A stretch of 64,000 nucleotides of DNA from Peptostreptococcales bacterium (GCA_038246775.1 JBBRVO010000001.1:44728-108727); one strand, 5' to 3'; positions 9,224 through 18,298 are shown, counted from the stretch's first letter. Numbers and translations: made by a program. Notes: generated by a model from the letters alone, not told the origin.

Positions 9224-10776
9224 TGCAAACGCTATGGCCTATATCAGGCGCTTCTATCATAGGCAGCGCACATATTAGAAAAGGGTCGCCCAATCAAGAT
9301 GCATACGGCTTTAAGAACCTAAGTGGCGGCATCCAGGTTCTTGCTTTAAGCGATGGTCATGGTGGTGAAAGGCACTTATACAGCGATCTTGGATCTAAGG
9401 CGGCCATAGAGGCGGCCATAGAAAGCGTCCAAGACTATGCATTAAATACGGTTGCCAATCAATTGCCTTATAATGAGGCAAAGTTGCAATTCGATTTTGA
9501 GGGTCATGTATCCAAGGACATTCAAGTGCGCTGGCTTCAAAAGATTCAATCATCACCTGCTTTTGAGGACGCCATGCAGTTTGGCTGCACGCTACTCCTG
9601 TGTGTGAAATTCGATAAAGTCATTGTCTTCTTGCAACTCGGAGATGGGAAAATCGCCGTCGTGTATACGAATGGCGTCATCTACTATCCAATTCCCCGTG
9701 ATATGCGTTATGAAAACAATGAAACGGCATCCTTGGCTCAAACGCTGGCTTGGGCCGAGATGAAGGTCGTCACACTATCAAATGAAGGGGATATCCATGC
9801 AATCTTTCTCGCTTCTGATGGGGTTGAAAATGCCTATCCAGAGGACTATTACGACGATGCGTACTTCTACATGAAATTGGCTTTGCCACACGAAACAAAC
9901 AACGTGACGCTGCCTAAGTTAGATGTTCAGTCCGAGGGTATTTTACATGAAATGCTCAACAAGGCATCGCAGTATTCAAAAGACGATACCACCGTTGTTA
10001 TGTGGCACAATCCAGAGAATACCATGCAAGAAACCACCGTTCCCGAATCTTTACAGATTTGGATGGGTGCTTACCCCAATTATTGGTTGCCTATTGCCTG
10101 CCATTTGGATAAGGCACTTAACAAACGTATTGACTACGCCCTATTACTCATAGAGGCCATTCAAAGAGATGAGGGGGTTGTCCCGCAGTATCTGTCTATA
10201 AAGCAAATTTATCTTGATGCGGATAGATCTCGCCTTGAAATCATAGCACCTGGAGACCGTGAACCCGTAGTTATTGAAACGCTTTATGCGTTGATCATGC
10301 AAATGCTCATGTTACCAGATACGCAAGAATTTTTAGAATTTGGCAAAACTTTAAAGTGCGATTGTTTAAGTTTAGAACCTATACCAGACACTTTGAGACA
10401 TATGAAAAGAAAGCTCATCGCTATGAAGCAAACGTTGAGATATGACTATTTGAGTCAGCAGTTTGTCTGCGATGGCAAACCGTCAGCAATAAGCATCACC
10501 GCATCAAACGGACATTTTGCGCTATTTTTTGACAGTGACATCTACTTACATCAATTGATGCCGCTTGTTGGGGATTATGACGGTCTCATCGGTCGTGTCA
10601 TCCAGCACGCAAAATATAAGAACATATGGGGCATGGTGAATCTCTCCGGACATGTTTGGCAGGTAGTCGGTGGCAAAAGACTGCGCATAGATCCAGGTAT
10701 GACGTTGACACTCATTGATGGAATTACCGTTTTCATCCATGGAATACCTGTAAAAATTAGAATAATAAACCAATGA
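9223..10776 (+). CDS. PP2C-family (YegK-like) protein phosphatase fused to a degenerate kinase-like C-terminal region
   Basis: GSAH...NQDAY, ALSDGHGG, GCTLL, QLGDG, FLASDGV and SKDDTTVV motifs in residues 1-263. The start overlaps the vWA stop (TAATG). Residues about 270-517 resemble the C-terminal half of the upstream kinase. Confidence 0.87.
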   Translation: MQTLWPISGASIIGSAHIRKGSPNQDAYGFKNLSGGIQVLALSDGHGGERHLYSDLGSKAAIEAAIESVQDYALNTVANQLPYNEAKLQFDFEGHVSKDIQVRWLQKIQSSPAFEDAMQFGCTLLLCVKFDKVIVFLQLGDGKIAVVYTNGVIYYPIPRDMRYENNETASLAQTLAWAEMKVVTLSNEGDIHAIFLASDGVENAYPEDYYDDAYFYMKLALPHETNNVTLPKLDVQSEGILHEMLNKASQYSKDDTTVVMWHNPENTMQETTVPESLQIWMGAYPNYWLPIACHLDKALNKRIDYALLLIEAIQRDEGVVPQYLSIKQIYLDADRSRLEIIAPGDREPVVIETLYALIMQMLMLPDTQEFLEFGKTLKCDCLSLEPIPDTLRHMKRKLIAMKQTLRYDYLSQQFVCDGKPSAISITASNGHFALFFDSDIYLHQLMPLVGDYDGLIGRVIQHAKYKNIWGMVNLSGHVWQVVGGKRLRIDPGMTLTLIDGITVFIHGIPVKIRIINQ

Positions 10777-10777
10777 A

Positions 10778-10820
10778 ATGCCATTTTATGGAATAAATCT
10801 ATGAAATGGCATGTTTTTTT
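10778..10820 (+). terminator. Intrinsic terminator closing the kinase-vWA-PP2C operon
   Basis: 12-bp stem atgccattttat / atgaaatggcat (one G-U pair) followed by gttttttt. Confidence 0.75.
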
Positions 10821-10958
10821 GTGTTTTTTTCAAAAAAAGGTGATTATTATTATTAGATAAAGGATATTTTGGTATATATATAAAAAGATTGACGACAATA
10901 TGATCATTCACATAATAGAAAATGGATATTACAACCAATTTGAAAGGAGTGACAAAGG

Positions 10959-11402
10959 GTGAGAGAACAAATTGTGTCGCAAATATTGGGAGAATTTTTA
11001 ATCTTAGTACCAGTGCTGAACAAAAAAATTCTTAGAGAGAACGATCTGTACAAATTGGATGATTTATACCCGTCACATGTGCAGATTTTACTGCTTCTCG
11101 CGAAAAACAAGCAACTGACAATGTCTGAAATCAGCAAAGAAATTCACGTGATTAATTCAAATTTGACGCCACTTGTAGATAAACTAATAAAATTAGGCTA
11201 TCTGAAACGGCAACCTTCAAAAAAAGACAGAAGGGTTGTTCACATATCATTGACAGCAGGTGGTAAAAAACAAGTTGAGAAGCACAAGCAATACGCGGTG
11301 TCTTATTTAACGGAACAATTCGAAAAGCTCGATGACGAACAATTAAAAGCGTTGGAAGCGCATATAAACGCCATCAACGGCATCCTAGTGGATTTTATCT
11401 AA
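10959..11402 (+). CDS. MarR-family transcriptional regulator
   Basis: Winged helix pattern LTMSEISKEIHVINSNLTPLVDKLIKLGYLKRQPSKKDRRVVHISLT. GTG start after an AAAGGAG RBS. Confidence 0.92.
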   Translation: MREQIVSQILGEFLILVPVLNKKILRENDLYKLDDLYPSHVQILLLLAKNKQLTMSEISKEIHVINSNLTPLVDKLIKLGYLKRQPSKKDRRVVHISLTAGGKKQVEKHKQYAVSYLTEQFEKLDDEQLKALEAHINAINGILVDFI

Positions 11403-11435
11403 TCAACCATTAAGGAACGTGCATAATATCCTTAA

Positions 11436-11464
11436 TTGAAAAAAATGGCTATTTTTGATACTAT
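11436..11464 (+). promoter_or_regulatory. Sigma-A-type promoter for the aminopeptidase gene
   Basis: TTGAAA-17 bp-TACTAT. Confidence 0.6.
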
Positions 11465-11507
11465 GAATTAGGATAGATTTATCCTAATTTTTTTTGAGGT
11501 GACTATA

Positions 11508-12737
11508 ATGAACGACACAAAATTCATCAAATATGCAGAATTACTCGTGAAGACAGGCATTAATCTTAAAAAGAATCAAATTCTGGTCGTTAGGGCACCG
11601 ATCGAATGTGCGGAATTTGCAAGAGCAATTACTGAAATCGCTTTCGATGCTGGTGCAAAAGATGTCGTTATCCTTTGGAACGATGATGGTTATTCCAAAA
11701 TTAGATACTTGAAAGGCCCTGAGGCTTTATTCGATACAATTCCATCTTGGCAAAAGGCGTTTTATCTTTCTTATGTGAGACAAGATGCCGCATTTTTATC
11801 GATTTCTGCGTCAGATCCAGAAAATTTCAAAGAGGTTGATCCACTGCGTATTCAGCGCTATTCAAGAGCCTTCAATGCTGAGGTTTCCGAATATAGACAG
11901 CGTCTCATGAACAATGAAAATGTTTGGTGCGTCGCTTCTGTGCCTACGCCAGCATGGGCGGCAAAAGTATTTCCAAACGACACAGTTGACGCGGCGATGG
12001 ATAAGTTATGGGAGGCCATTTACGCGTCCGTGCGCATTGATGAAACGGATGCAGTTGCCGCTTGGGAAACCCATAAAGCAGCACTAAAAAAGCAGATGAA
12101 CCATTTAAATGAACTGAACTTTAAATCGCTGCACTACACAAACAGTCTAGGCACTGACCTTGTCATCGAACTTCCAGAAGGCCATATTTGGCTTGGAGGT
12201 TCTGACTTTACGCCAGATGGTCATGAATTTATTGCGAACATGCCGACAGAAGAAGTATTCACGGCCCCTAAACGCGATGGTGTAAATGGAAGAGTGGTGA
12301 GCGCAATGCCACTTAATTTCAGTGGCAGTTTAATCGACAAATTTGAACTTACTTTTGAAAATGGCAAAGTGGTCGATTACAAAGCGGAAGTCGGTTATGA
12401 GCAACTTAGAAGGCTACTGGAAACGGATGAAGGTTCTATGTACTTAGGTGAAGTAGCGCTTGTTCCATATGATTCTCCAATTTCAAATATGGGCATCTTA
12501 TTCTATAACACATTATTTGATGAAAATGCATCGTGTCATCTGGCTCTTGGCAAAGCCTATCCGGTTTGTCTTAAAGGCGGCGAGCATATGGACAGTGACA
12601 CGTTGATTAAAAACGGCATTAACGATTCGATGACACACGAAGATTTCATGATTGGCACAAAAGACTTAAGCATTGTGGGAACGACGTATTCTGGTGAAAC
12701 AATCCAGGTCTTTAAGAATGGTAATTTCATAGTCTAA
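11508..12737 (+). CDS. pepS: Thermophilic metalloprotease M29 family aminopeptidase (AmpS/PepS type)
   Basis: ANMPTEEVFTAP, LGEVALV, TLFDENASCHLALG and HEDFMIG motifs. Start at ATG 11508 after GAGGTG; the ORF track starts at GTG 11499. Confidence 0.92.
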   Translation: MNDTKFIKYAELLVKTGINLKKNQILVVRAPIECAEFARAITEIAFDAGAKDVVILWNDDGYSKIRYLKGPEALFDTIPSWQKAFYLSYVRQDAAFLSISASDPENFKEVDPLRIQRYSRAFNAEVSEYRQRLMNNENVWCVASVPTPAWAAKVFPNDTVDAAMDKLWEAIYASVRIDETDAVAAWETHKAALKKQMNHLNELNFKSLHYTNSLGTDLVIELPEGHIWLGGSDFTPDGHEFIANMPTEEVFTAPKRDGVNGRVVSAMPLNFSGSLIDKFELTFENGKVVDYKAEVGYEQLRRLLETDEGSMYLGEVALVPYDSPISNMGILFYNTLFDENASCHLALGKAYPVCLKGGEHMDSDTLIKNGINDSMTHEDFMIGTKDLSIVGTTYSGETIQVFKNGNFIV

Positions 12738-12783
12738 TTAAGGTGTAAAAGTAACACGTATCAATTTCAAATAGTTAGATGAG

Positions 12784-12815
12784 TCGCTTGTGCGGAAAAG
12801 CACAGGCGATTTTTT
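12784..12815 (+). terminator. Intrinsic terminator
   Basis: Stem tcgcttgtgc / gcacaggcga followed by a T run. Confidence 0.8.
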
Positions 12816-12937
12816 ATCATCGCTTCATGATTTTTTTACAATAGGTGTGATTTTCAGGTGAGAATTGGTATTAAATAAATACGAAACTATTTAAAGGACA
12901 TAGCTACAAGTTATATTGTGGCTTTGATGGTGAACTT

Positions 12938-14620
12938 ATGAAAAAAACAATCGTCATCGCGGGAGCAGCTGGAGAAGGCATCAATACCGTCCAGCAATTT
13001 ATTGAAAGGATACTCAAAAAAAATGGGTATGACATATTTTCCTATAAAAATTATATGTCGCGTGTGCGTGGGGGCTACAACTATTCCACGATTGTCATTA
13101 GCGATCAATCGGTTTTTGCACCAGTAGATGAAGCCGATATTTTTATCGCTCTGAATCGTGAAGCGTACGACCATTCAAAAGATCTAATGCATGAAGGCAC
13201 TTTGCGCATCGCTATGAAAGATTTGGCACAAGATTCTATTGTAGAAGGGCAACTTTTATTTGACAATGAAAAATTAACCGCTGAAAGTAAAGCAAAAAAT
13301 GCATTTTCCATGGCTTCAGTTGGGGCCATTTTGAAAATCTTCGGATGTGAAGAAAGTGCGCTAGAAGAGACGGCCAACAAAAAATGGACGGATGCGGTGA
13401 ACTTAGAAAATTTAAAGGCAGCTAAATATGGTTATATGGCGACGCACGTTCAGTTTGAGACGCCGAAACATTTAGCTGAGGGTGAACGCATATTAATGGG
13501 CGGTAATCAAGCTGTTGCTCTAGGCGCCCTAAGTGCGGGGATTAGCTTTTATTGTGCCTACCCGATGGCGCCTTCAACAGGTATTATGAATTACCTCGCC
13601 ACTTATGAAAAAGAAATGCACATCGTCGTCGAACAGGCTGAAGATGAAATTGCCGCCGTCATGGCGGCGGTCGGCGCATCGTCTAATGGCGTTCGTGCCA
13701 TGACCGGAACATCAGGTGGTGGCTTTGCATTGATGGTGGAAACCATAGGTTTTGCAGCAGTGAGCGAAACCCCAATCGTCATTGCCAATGTTCAAAGACC
13801 AGGACCGGCAACAGGACTCCCTACTAGAACGGAACAGGCGGATTTGGCGTTTGTCGTCTCGGCGTCGCAAGGGGAGTTTTCAAGAATTATCTTAGCGCCA
13901 CTTACCGTTGAAGATGCTTTCTATGACACGCACAGAGCATTTAATCTCGCAGATAAATATCAGGTGCCAGTGGTGATCCTCACCGATCAACTGTTGGCGG
14001 ACACGATGCAAAGCATCCCAAAATTTGATACGTCAGCCCTTAAAATAGAAAGGTATCTGCAGCCAGAGAGTGTCTCAGACTATAAGCGTTATGACTTTGA
14101 CACGATATCTGGGGGGCGCAAATATCCCGGAATCGATTCAGAAACTTTGATTATGACTGATTCACACGTACATGATGCCTATGGTCATGTTACAGAAGAT
14201 GCCCTGATGACGGTTGCACTCAAACAGAAATTTCTAAAACGCACTCAGGCTATAAAGCTTGAACTTAAAAAGCCAATGTTCTATGGAGATAAAGCCTACA
14301 AAACGCTTTTTATTGCTTGGGGTTCAACCTATGGCGCCCTTAGAGAAGCAGTTGATGCTATGATGCTAAAGGGTGAAAAAGTTGCACTGTTGGCATTTTC
14401 AGATGTTTTTCCGCTTCATAGCGAGGTGTTAGACGGTTATGTAAAATCGGATACAGAAGTTATAAACGTGGAAGGTAACGCCATGAATCAATTTGGTATG
14501 ATTCTGCGCATGGAAACCGGGGTCATGTTCAAACACGCCATTAACAAATACGACGGACGCCCATTTACTGGAAAATTTATTCAAGACGCATTCGAGGTGA
14601 TCAAACATGGTAAATATTAA
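12938..14620 (+). CDS. korA: 2-oxoacid:ferredoxin oxidoreductase, alpha subunit (gamma-alpha fusion)
   Basis: GAAGEGI, RVRGG, YPMAPST, AEDEIAA, TSGGGFALM and QRPGPATGLPTRTEQ motifs. Substrate specificity cannot be determined from sequence. Confidence 0.9.
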   Translation: MKKTIVIAGAAGEGINTVQQFIERILKKNGYDIFSYKNYMSRVRGGYNYSTIVISDQSVFAPVDEADIFIALNREAYDHSKDLMHEGTLRIAMKDLAQDSIVEGQLLFDNEKLTAESKAKNAFSMASVGAILKIFGCEESALEETANKKWTDAVNLENLKAAKYGYMATHVQFETPKHLAEGERILMGGNQAVALGALSAGISFYCAYPMAPSTGIMNYLATYEKEMHIVVEQAEDEIAAVMAAVGASSNGVRAMTGTSGGGFALMVETIGFAAVSETPIVIANVQRPGPATGLPTRTEQADLAFVVSASQGEFSRIILAPLTVEDAFYDTHRAFNLADKYQVPVVILTDQLLADTMQSIPKFDTSALKIERYLQPESVSDYKRYDFDTISGGRKYPGIDSETLIMTDSHVHDAYGHVTEDALMTVALKQKFLKRTQAIKLELKKPMFYGDKAYKTLFIAWGSTYGALREAVDAMMLKGEKVALLAFSDVFPLHSEVLDGYVKSDTEVINVEGNAMNQFGMILRMETGVMFKHAINKYDGRPFTGKFIQDAFEVIKHGKY

Positions 14621-15476
14621 GCTTTCAGACAATCCATTTGTGACAAATAGCCCCACAAGTTGGTGTCCAGGTTGTGGAAACTTCAGCATACTCGACAGTA
14701 TCAATCAAGTTCTGTACGATATGGGCTTCAAACCGCAGGAGATCCTCATGGTATCGGGCATCGGTCAGGCAGCTAAATTGCCACATTATATCCACGCACA
14801 TGGACTCAATACGCTTCATGGACGGGCAGTACCCGCAGCGTTAGGTGCTCAAGTGGCCAACGATGCCCTTAAGATTCTCATCACTTCAGGTGATGGCGAT
14901 ACGTATGGCGAGGGTGGCAACCACTTTATGCACAACATCAGACGCAACTTGGACGTTGTCCACATCGTCCATGATAATCAAGTCTATGGGTTAACAAAAG
15001 GGCAGGGGTCACCGACGACCGCTCTGGGTCAAAAAACGCGTCTACAAGTAGACGGCATGCGGCATGAGGCGCTCAATCCAGTGGCACTGGCCATATCTTT
15101 GGGGTGTAGCTTTGTGGCACGGAGCTTCTCAGGAGATCCGAAACATCTTCAAACAATGATAACGGCTGCGATGCAACACAAGGGCTATGCGCTGATTGAT
15201 GTCATGCAGCCTTGCGTGTCATTCAATCACGTGAATACGTTTAAGTGGTATAAGGATCGTGCTTTTTATATACCGGAGACACATGATAAGTCGGACAAAG
15301 TAAAAGCGTTTGAGTTGGCACAGACATTTGGAGAGGATGGCATCCCAATGGGCATTCTTTATCTCCATGAGAAACCAACATTTTTAGAACAATGTCGCCA
15401 CATTACTAAGCCACTTATCCAGTACGACAGAAAACCAACGGACATCGATTGGCTCATTGACCGATTGGTAGAATAA
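14607..15476 (+). CDS. korB: 2-oxoacid:ferredoxin oxidoreductase, beta subunit (TPP-binding)
   Basis: WCPGCG, SGIGQ, LHGRA, GDGD, DNQVYGLTKGQ and QPCVSFN. Overlaps the alpha subunit stop. Confidence 0.9.
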   Translation: MVNIKLSDNPFVTNSPTSWCPGCGNFSILDSINQVLYDMGFKPQEILMVSGIGQAAKLPHYIHAHGLNTLHGRAVPAALGAQVANDALKILITSGDGDTYGEGGNHFMHNIRRNLDVVHIVHDNQVYGLTKGQGSPTTALGQKTRLQVDGMRHEALNPVALAISLGCSFVARSFSGDPKHLQTMITAAMQHKGYALIDVMQPCVSFNHVNTFKWYKDRAFYIPETHDKSDKVKAFELAQTFGEDGIPMGILYLHEKPTFLEQCRHITKPLIQYDRKPTDIDWLIDRLVE

Positions 15477-15508
15477 GCCCACTTTACTACAAATAAACTC
15501 TCAACTAC

Positions 15509-15555
15509 AAAAAACCCCCAGGTTTAAGTTTATATAAAACTTTTGACTGGGGGTT
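15509..15555. terminator. Terminator between convergent korB and htpG
   Basis: Inverted repeat aacccccag / ctgggggtt with an A run on the left, which reads as a T tail on the minus strand. Confidence 0.7.
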
Positions 15556-15565
15556 ACCTATTTGA

Positions 15566-17443
15566 TTAGACGAGTTTGAGCATTAACGCGTTACTTCTAT
15601 TAATAAATTTAGTCATCGCCTCAGAGGAGAGAGGTGCATGGCTGATCATCGCAAGATCGTAGAGATGTTCACAAATTAACTGTCTCGTCTCTTGATCTAG
15701 GGTTTCATTTTCTAGCAAATGCGTCACGAGTGCGTTCTTGCTATTTAAAATCAGCGTCGTTTCCGGTTTAATCATATTTGGATCCATACCCGGCATGCCA
15801 TACATGCGCATCATGTCTTGCATCCTTCTAGATTCTTCTGATAAGACAACCAAGGCTGAAAGTTCATCCGTTTTCATCGCTTCGAGCTTAAGGTTGATGG
15901 TTTCGACGCCAAGGGCATTTTTAAACATCTCTTGTAATTTGTCCAACGCTTCTTTTTTAGCGTCTTCAGAGAAGGTTTCTTCGCCTTTGAGGTGTTCGTT
16001 TAAATCTGCATCGATGCGAGAGAACGTGATGTTCTCTTTCTTAGATTCAAGAAGGGAAATAAACGGCGCATCTATGCTGTGTGTCAGTAAGACGGCATCT
16101 AGTGCATGGTCTTTGAAGAGCTTGATATACTGAGCCTGTTGAATAGCATCTGAAACATAGAAAATCTTGTTTTCGTGTTTCTCTGCCACGGCATCAAGGT
16201 ATTCTTGAAGAGTCACGTAGTTGCCTTCTAGCGTTTTAAACAAATAAATAGATTCAAGACCTTCATAGAATTTATCGTCTTTTAAGCCACCAAATTTAAT
16301 AAATGGACTAATATCATCCCAAAAACCTTCAAATTGCTCGCGTTCGGTTTTGAATAAACCACTGAGTTTGTCAGCGACTTTCTTGCTGATATAATTTGAA
16401 ATCTTCTTGACGAAGCCGTCGTTTTGCAAGAAACTTCTCGAGACGTTGAGGGGTAGGTCGGGACAATCGATGACGCCTTTAAGGAGCAGTAAAAATTCTG
16501 GGATCACTTCTTTGATGTTATCTGCGACAAACACTTGTGAATTGTACAGTTTGATTTGGCCTTCTATCGTATCGAATTCAGTGTTAAGTTTAGGAAAGAA
16601 GAGAATGCCCTTGAGATTGAATGGATAATCCATATTGAGGTGGATCCAAAAAAGCGGTTCTTTAAAATCATTGAAAGTCGTGCGGTAAAAGGCCTTATAA
16701 TCGTCATCGGTACAGTCTGAAGGCGCTTTTGCATAGAGTGGCAATGTCGTATTAAGCGGTTTTGGCTCTTCAATGATGACATTTCCTTCGGCATCTTTGG
16801 AAAGTTCTTTACCAACGACTGTTAAAAAAATCTCGTAGGGCATAAACGAACAGTATTTTTTGATGACGTTACTAAGTGTGTATGCGTTTAAAAATTCCTT
16901 GCCATCTTCACTGATGTGAAGGATGATGTCAGTTCCGCGCTTGTTACGCGACCCTTTTTCAAGTTCGAATTCTGTACCGCCATCACATCTCCAAAGCGCT
17001 GGAACTGCTTCATTTTGGTAGGACAATGTATGGATTTCAACCTGTTCCGCCACCATGAAAGAAGAATAAAAACCGAGTCCGAAGTGACCAATAATCTGTT
17101 CTTTATCGGATTTATCCTTGTATTTATTCAAGAAATCCTCAGCGCCAGAAAATGCAATCTGATTGATATACTTTTTGATTTCTTCATCGGTCATACCGAT
17201 GCCGTTATCAGAAAATGTGATGGTTTTAGAGGCTTCATCTAAGATAACTTCAATTTGAAAATGCGCATTTTCTTCAAGACTCACCTCGTTCATCGAGCTG
17301 AGTTGTTTCAATTTGGTGATGGCATCGCTTGCATTTGAGATGATCTCTCTCACGAAGATGTCGTGATCCGAATAGAGCCACTTTTTGATGATTGGAAAAA
17401 TATTTTCACTGTGAATAGACAAACTGCCTTTTTCAATAGACAT
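15566..17443 (-). CDS. htpG: Molecular chaperone HtpG (Hsp90)
   Basis: LYSDHDIFVREIISNASDA, DNGIGM, IIGHFGLGFYSSF and LPLNVSRSFLQ. Confidence 0.97.
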   Translation of the reverse strand: MSIEKGSLSIHSENIFPIIKKWLYSDHDIFVREIISNASDAITKLKQLSSMNEVSLEENAHFQIEVILDEASKTITFSDNGIGMTDEEIKKYINQIAFSGAEDFLNKYKDKSDKEQIIGHFGLGFYSSFMVAEQVEIHTLSYQNEAVPALWRCDGGTEFELEKGSRNKRGTDIILHISEDGKEFLNAYTLSNVIKKYCSFMPYEIFLTVVGKELSKDAEGNVIIEEPKPLNTTLPLYAKAPSDCTDDDYKAFYRTTFNDFKEPLFWIHLNMDYPFNLKGILFFPKLNTEFDTIEGQIKLYNSQVFVADNIKEVIPEFLLLLKGVIDCPDLPLNVSRSFLQNDGFVKKISNYISKKVADKLSGLFKTEREQFEGFWDDISPFIKFGGLKDDKFYEGLESIYLFKTLEGNYVTLQEYLDAVAEKHENKIFYVSDAIQQAQYIKLFKDHALDAVLLTHSIDAPFISLLESKKENITFSRIDADLNEHLKGEETFSEDAKKEALDKLQEMFKNALGVETINLKLEAMKTDELSALVVLSEESRRMQDMMRMYGMPGMDPNMIKPETTLILNSKNALVTHLLENETLDQETRQLICEHLYDLAMISHAPLSSEAMTKFINRSNALMLKLV

Positions 17444-17489
17444 AAATGCACTCCTTTTTGTTAAATGATTGGTCGTAGATTACAAAATA

Positions 17490-17518
17490 ATAATAAGAGT
17501 GTTTGAACAAAAAGTCAA
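17490..17518 (-). promoter_or_regulatory. Sigma-A-type promoter of htpG
   Basis: Minus strand TTGACT-17 bp-TATTAT. Confidence 0.7.
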
Positions 17519-17525
17519 GAACAAG

Positions 17526-17552
17526 TTAGCACTCTTTAGTGTTGAGTGCTAA
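17526..17552. promoter_or_regulatory. CIRCE element (HrcA operator)
   Basis: Exact consensus TTAGCACTC-N9-GAGTGCTAA, just upstream of the htpG -35 box. Confidence 0.95.
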
Positions 17553-17596
17553 CATTAATAAAACAAAATATTTTTTTTTAAATTTTAATGATATAA

Positions 17597-17614
17597 TTGT
17601 TATGACATAAACAA
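17597..17614. promoter_or_regulatory. Candidate Rex operator at the promoter of the CBS-ACT gene
   Basis: TTGTTAT-gaca-TAAACAA matches TTGTTAA-N4-TTAACAA at 12/14 and abuts an extended -10 (TG-a-TATAAT, 17589-17597). Confidence 0.65.
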
Positions 17615-17671
17615 AAATGGGCATATATACAAACGAAAAGGTAATGCACACAAATTGAAAGGGGAAATACT

Positions 17672-18298
17672 ATGAGAGTTAGAGCAATTATGACACCTGC
17701 AAAGGATTTAACGGTATTGAAACCATCGGATACAGCAAAATATGCAATTCAGTTGATAGAAGATAACGGTTTTCTATCACTTCCTGTGGTAGAAAATAAC
17801 AAATTTATCGGATTCCTATCGAAACAGTTCATCTATGATTCATTTTTCAAAGAAGAGCAAAGTGATATTAAAACATTTATAGAAAAACCAGTAAGCGATT
17901 TTTTATTCGACAAAGTCGACACAGTAACGCCTGATTTGTTCATTGAAGAAGCTGCGGATATATTCTTTAGGAACAAAAAACGATTTATCCCAGTTGTCGA
18001 TGCTCAAGAGGCATTTTTAGGCATTGTGACTCAAAATACACTTTTTGGCATTTTAACTAAGATTTATGGGTTACACGATCCTAAAATTTCGATTCTTACC
18101 GATGACTTTAAAGGCGTACTCACCAAAATTGCTGAAATTATTTCTAAAAATGATGGCAATATCACAAATATTGCACTTTTGGATACGGAAGTTATGGGGA
18201 TTCAAGAGATTTCTATCAGATTAGAAGGCAACGACATCGACAAGATCGTAAAGAAGTTAGAAGAGAAAGGGTTTAAAGTTAGAGAGTTTATCAAATAA
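17672..18298 (+). CDS. CBS-pair plus ACT domain protein (AcuB-like)
   Basis: Two CBS motifs (LSLPVVENNKFIG, FIPVVDAQEAFLGIVT) and a C-terminal ACT-like segment (DDFKGVLTKIAEIISKNDGNI). Confidence 0.85.
   Translation: MRVRAIMTPAKDLTVLKPSDTAKYAIQLIEDNGFLSLPVVENNKFIGFLSKQFIYDSFFKEEQSDIKTFIEKPVSDFLFDKVDTVTPDLFIEEAADIFFRNKKRFIPVVDAQEAFLGIVTQNTLFGILTKIYGLHDPKISILTDDFKGVLTKIAEIISKNDGNITNIALLDTEVMGIQEISIRLEGNDIDKIVKKLEEKGFKVREFIK

Noticed and set aside
14429-14819. Minus-strand ORFs across the korA/korB junction
   Set aside because: They are shadows of the overlapping korA and korB frames.
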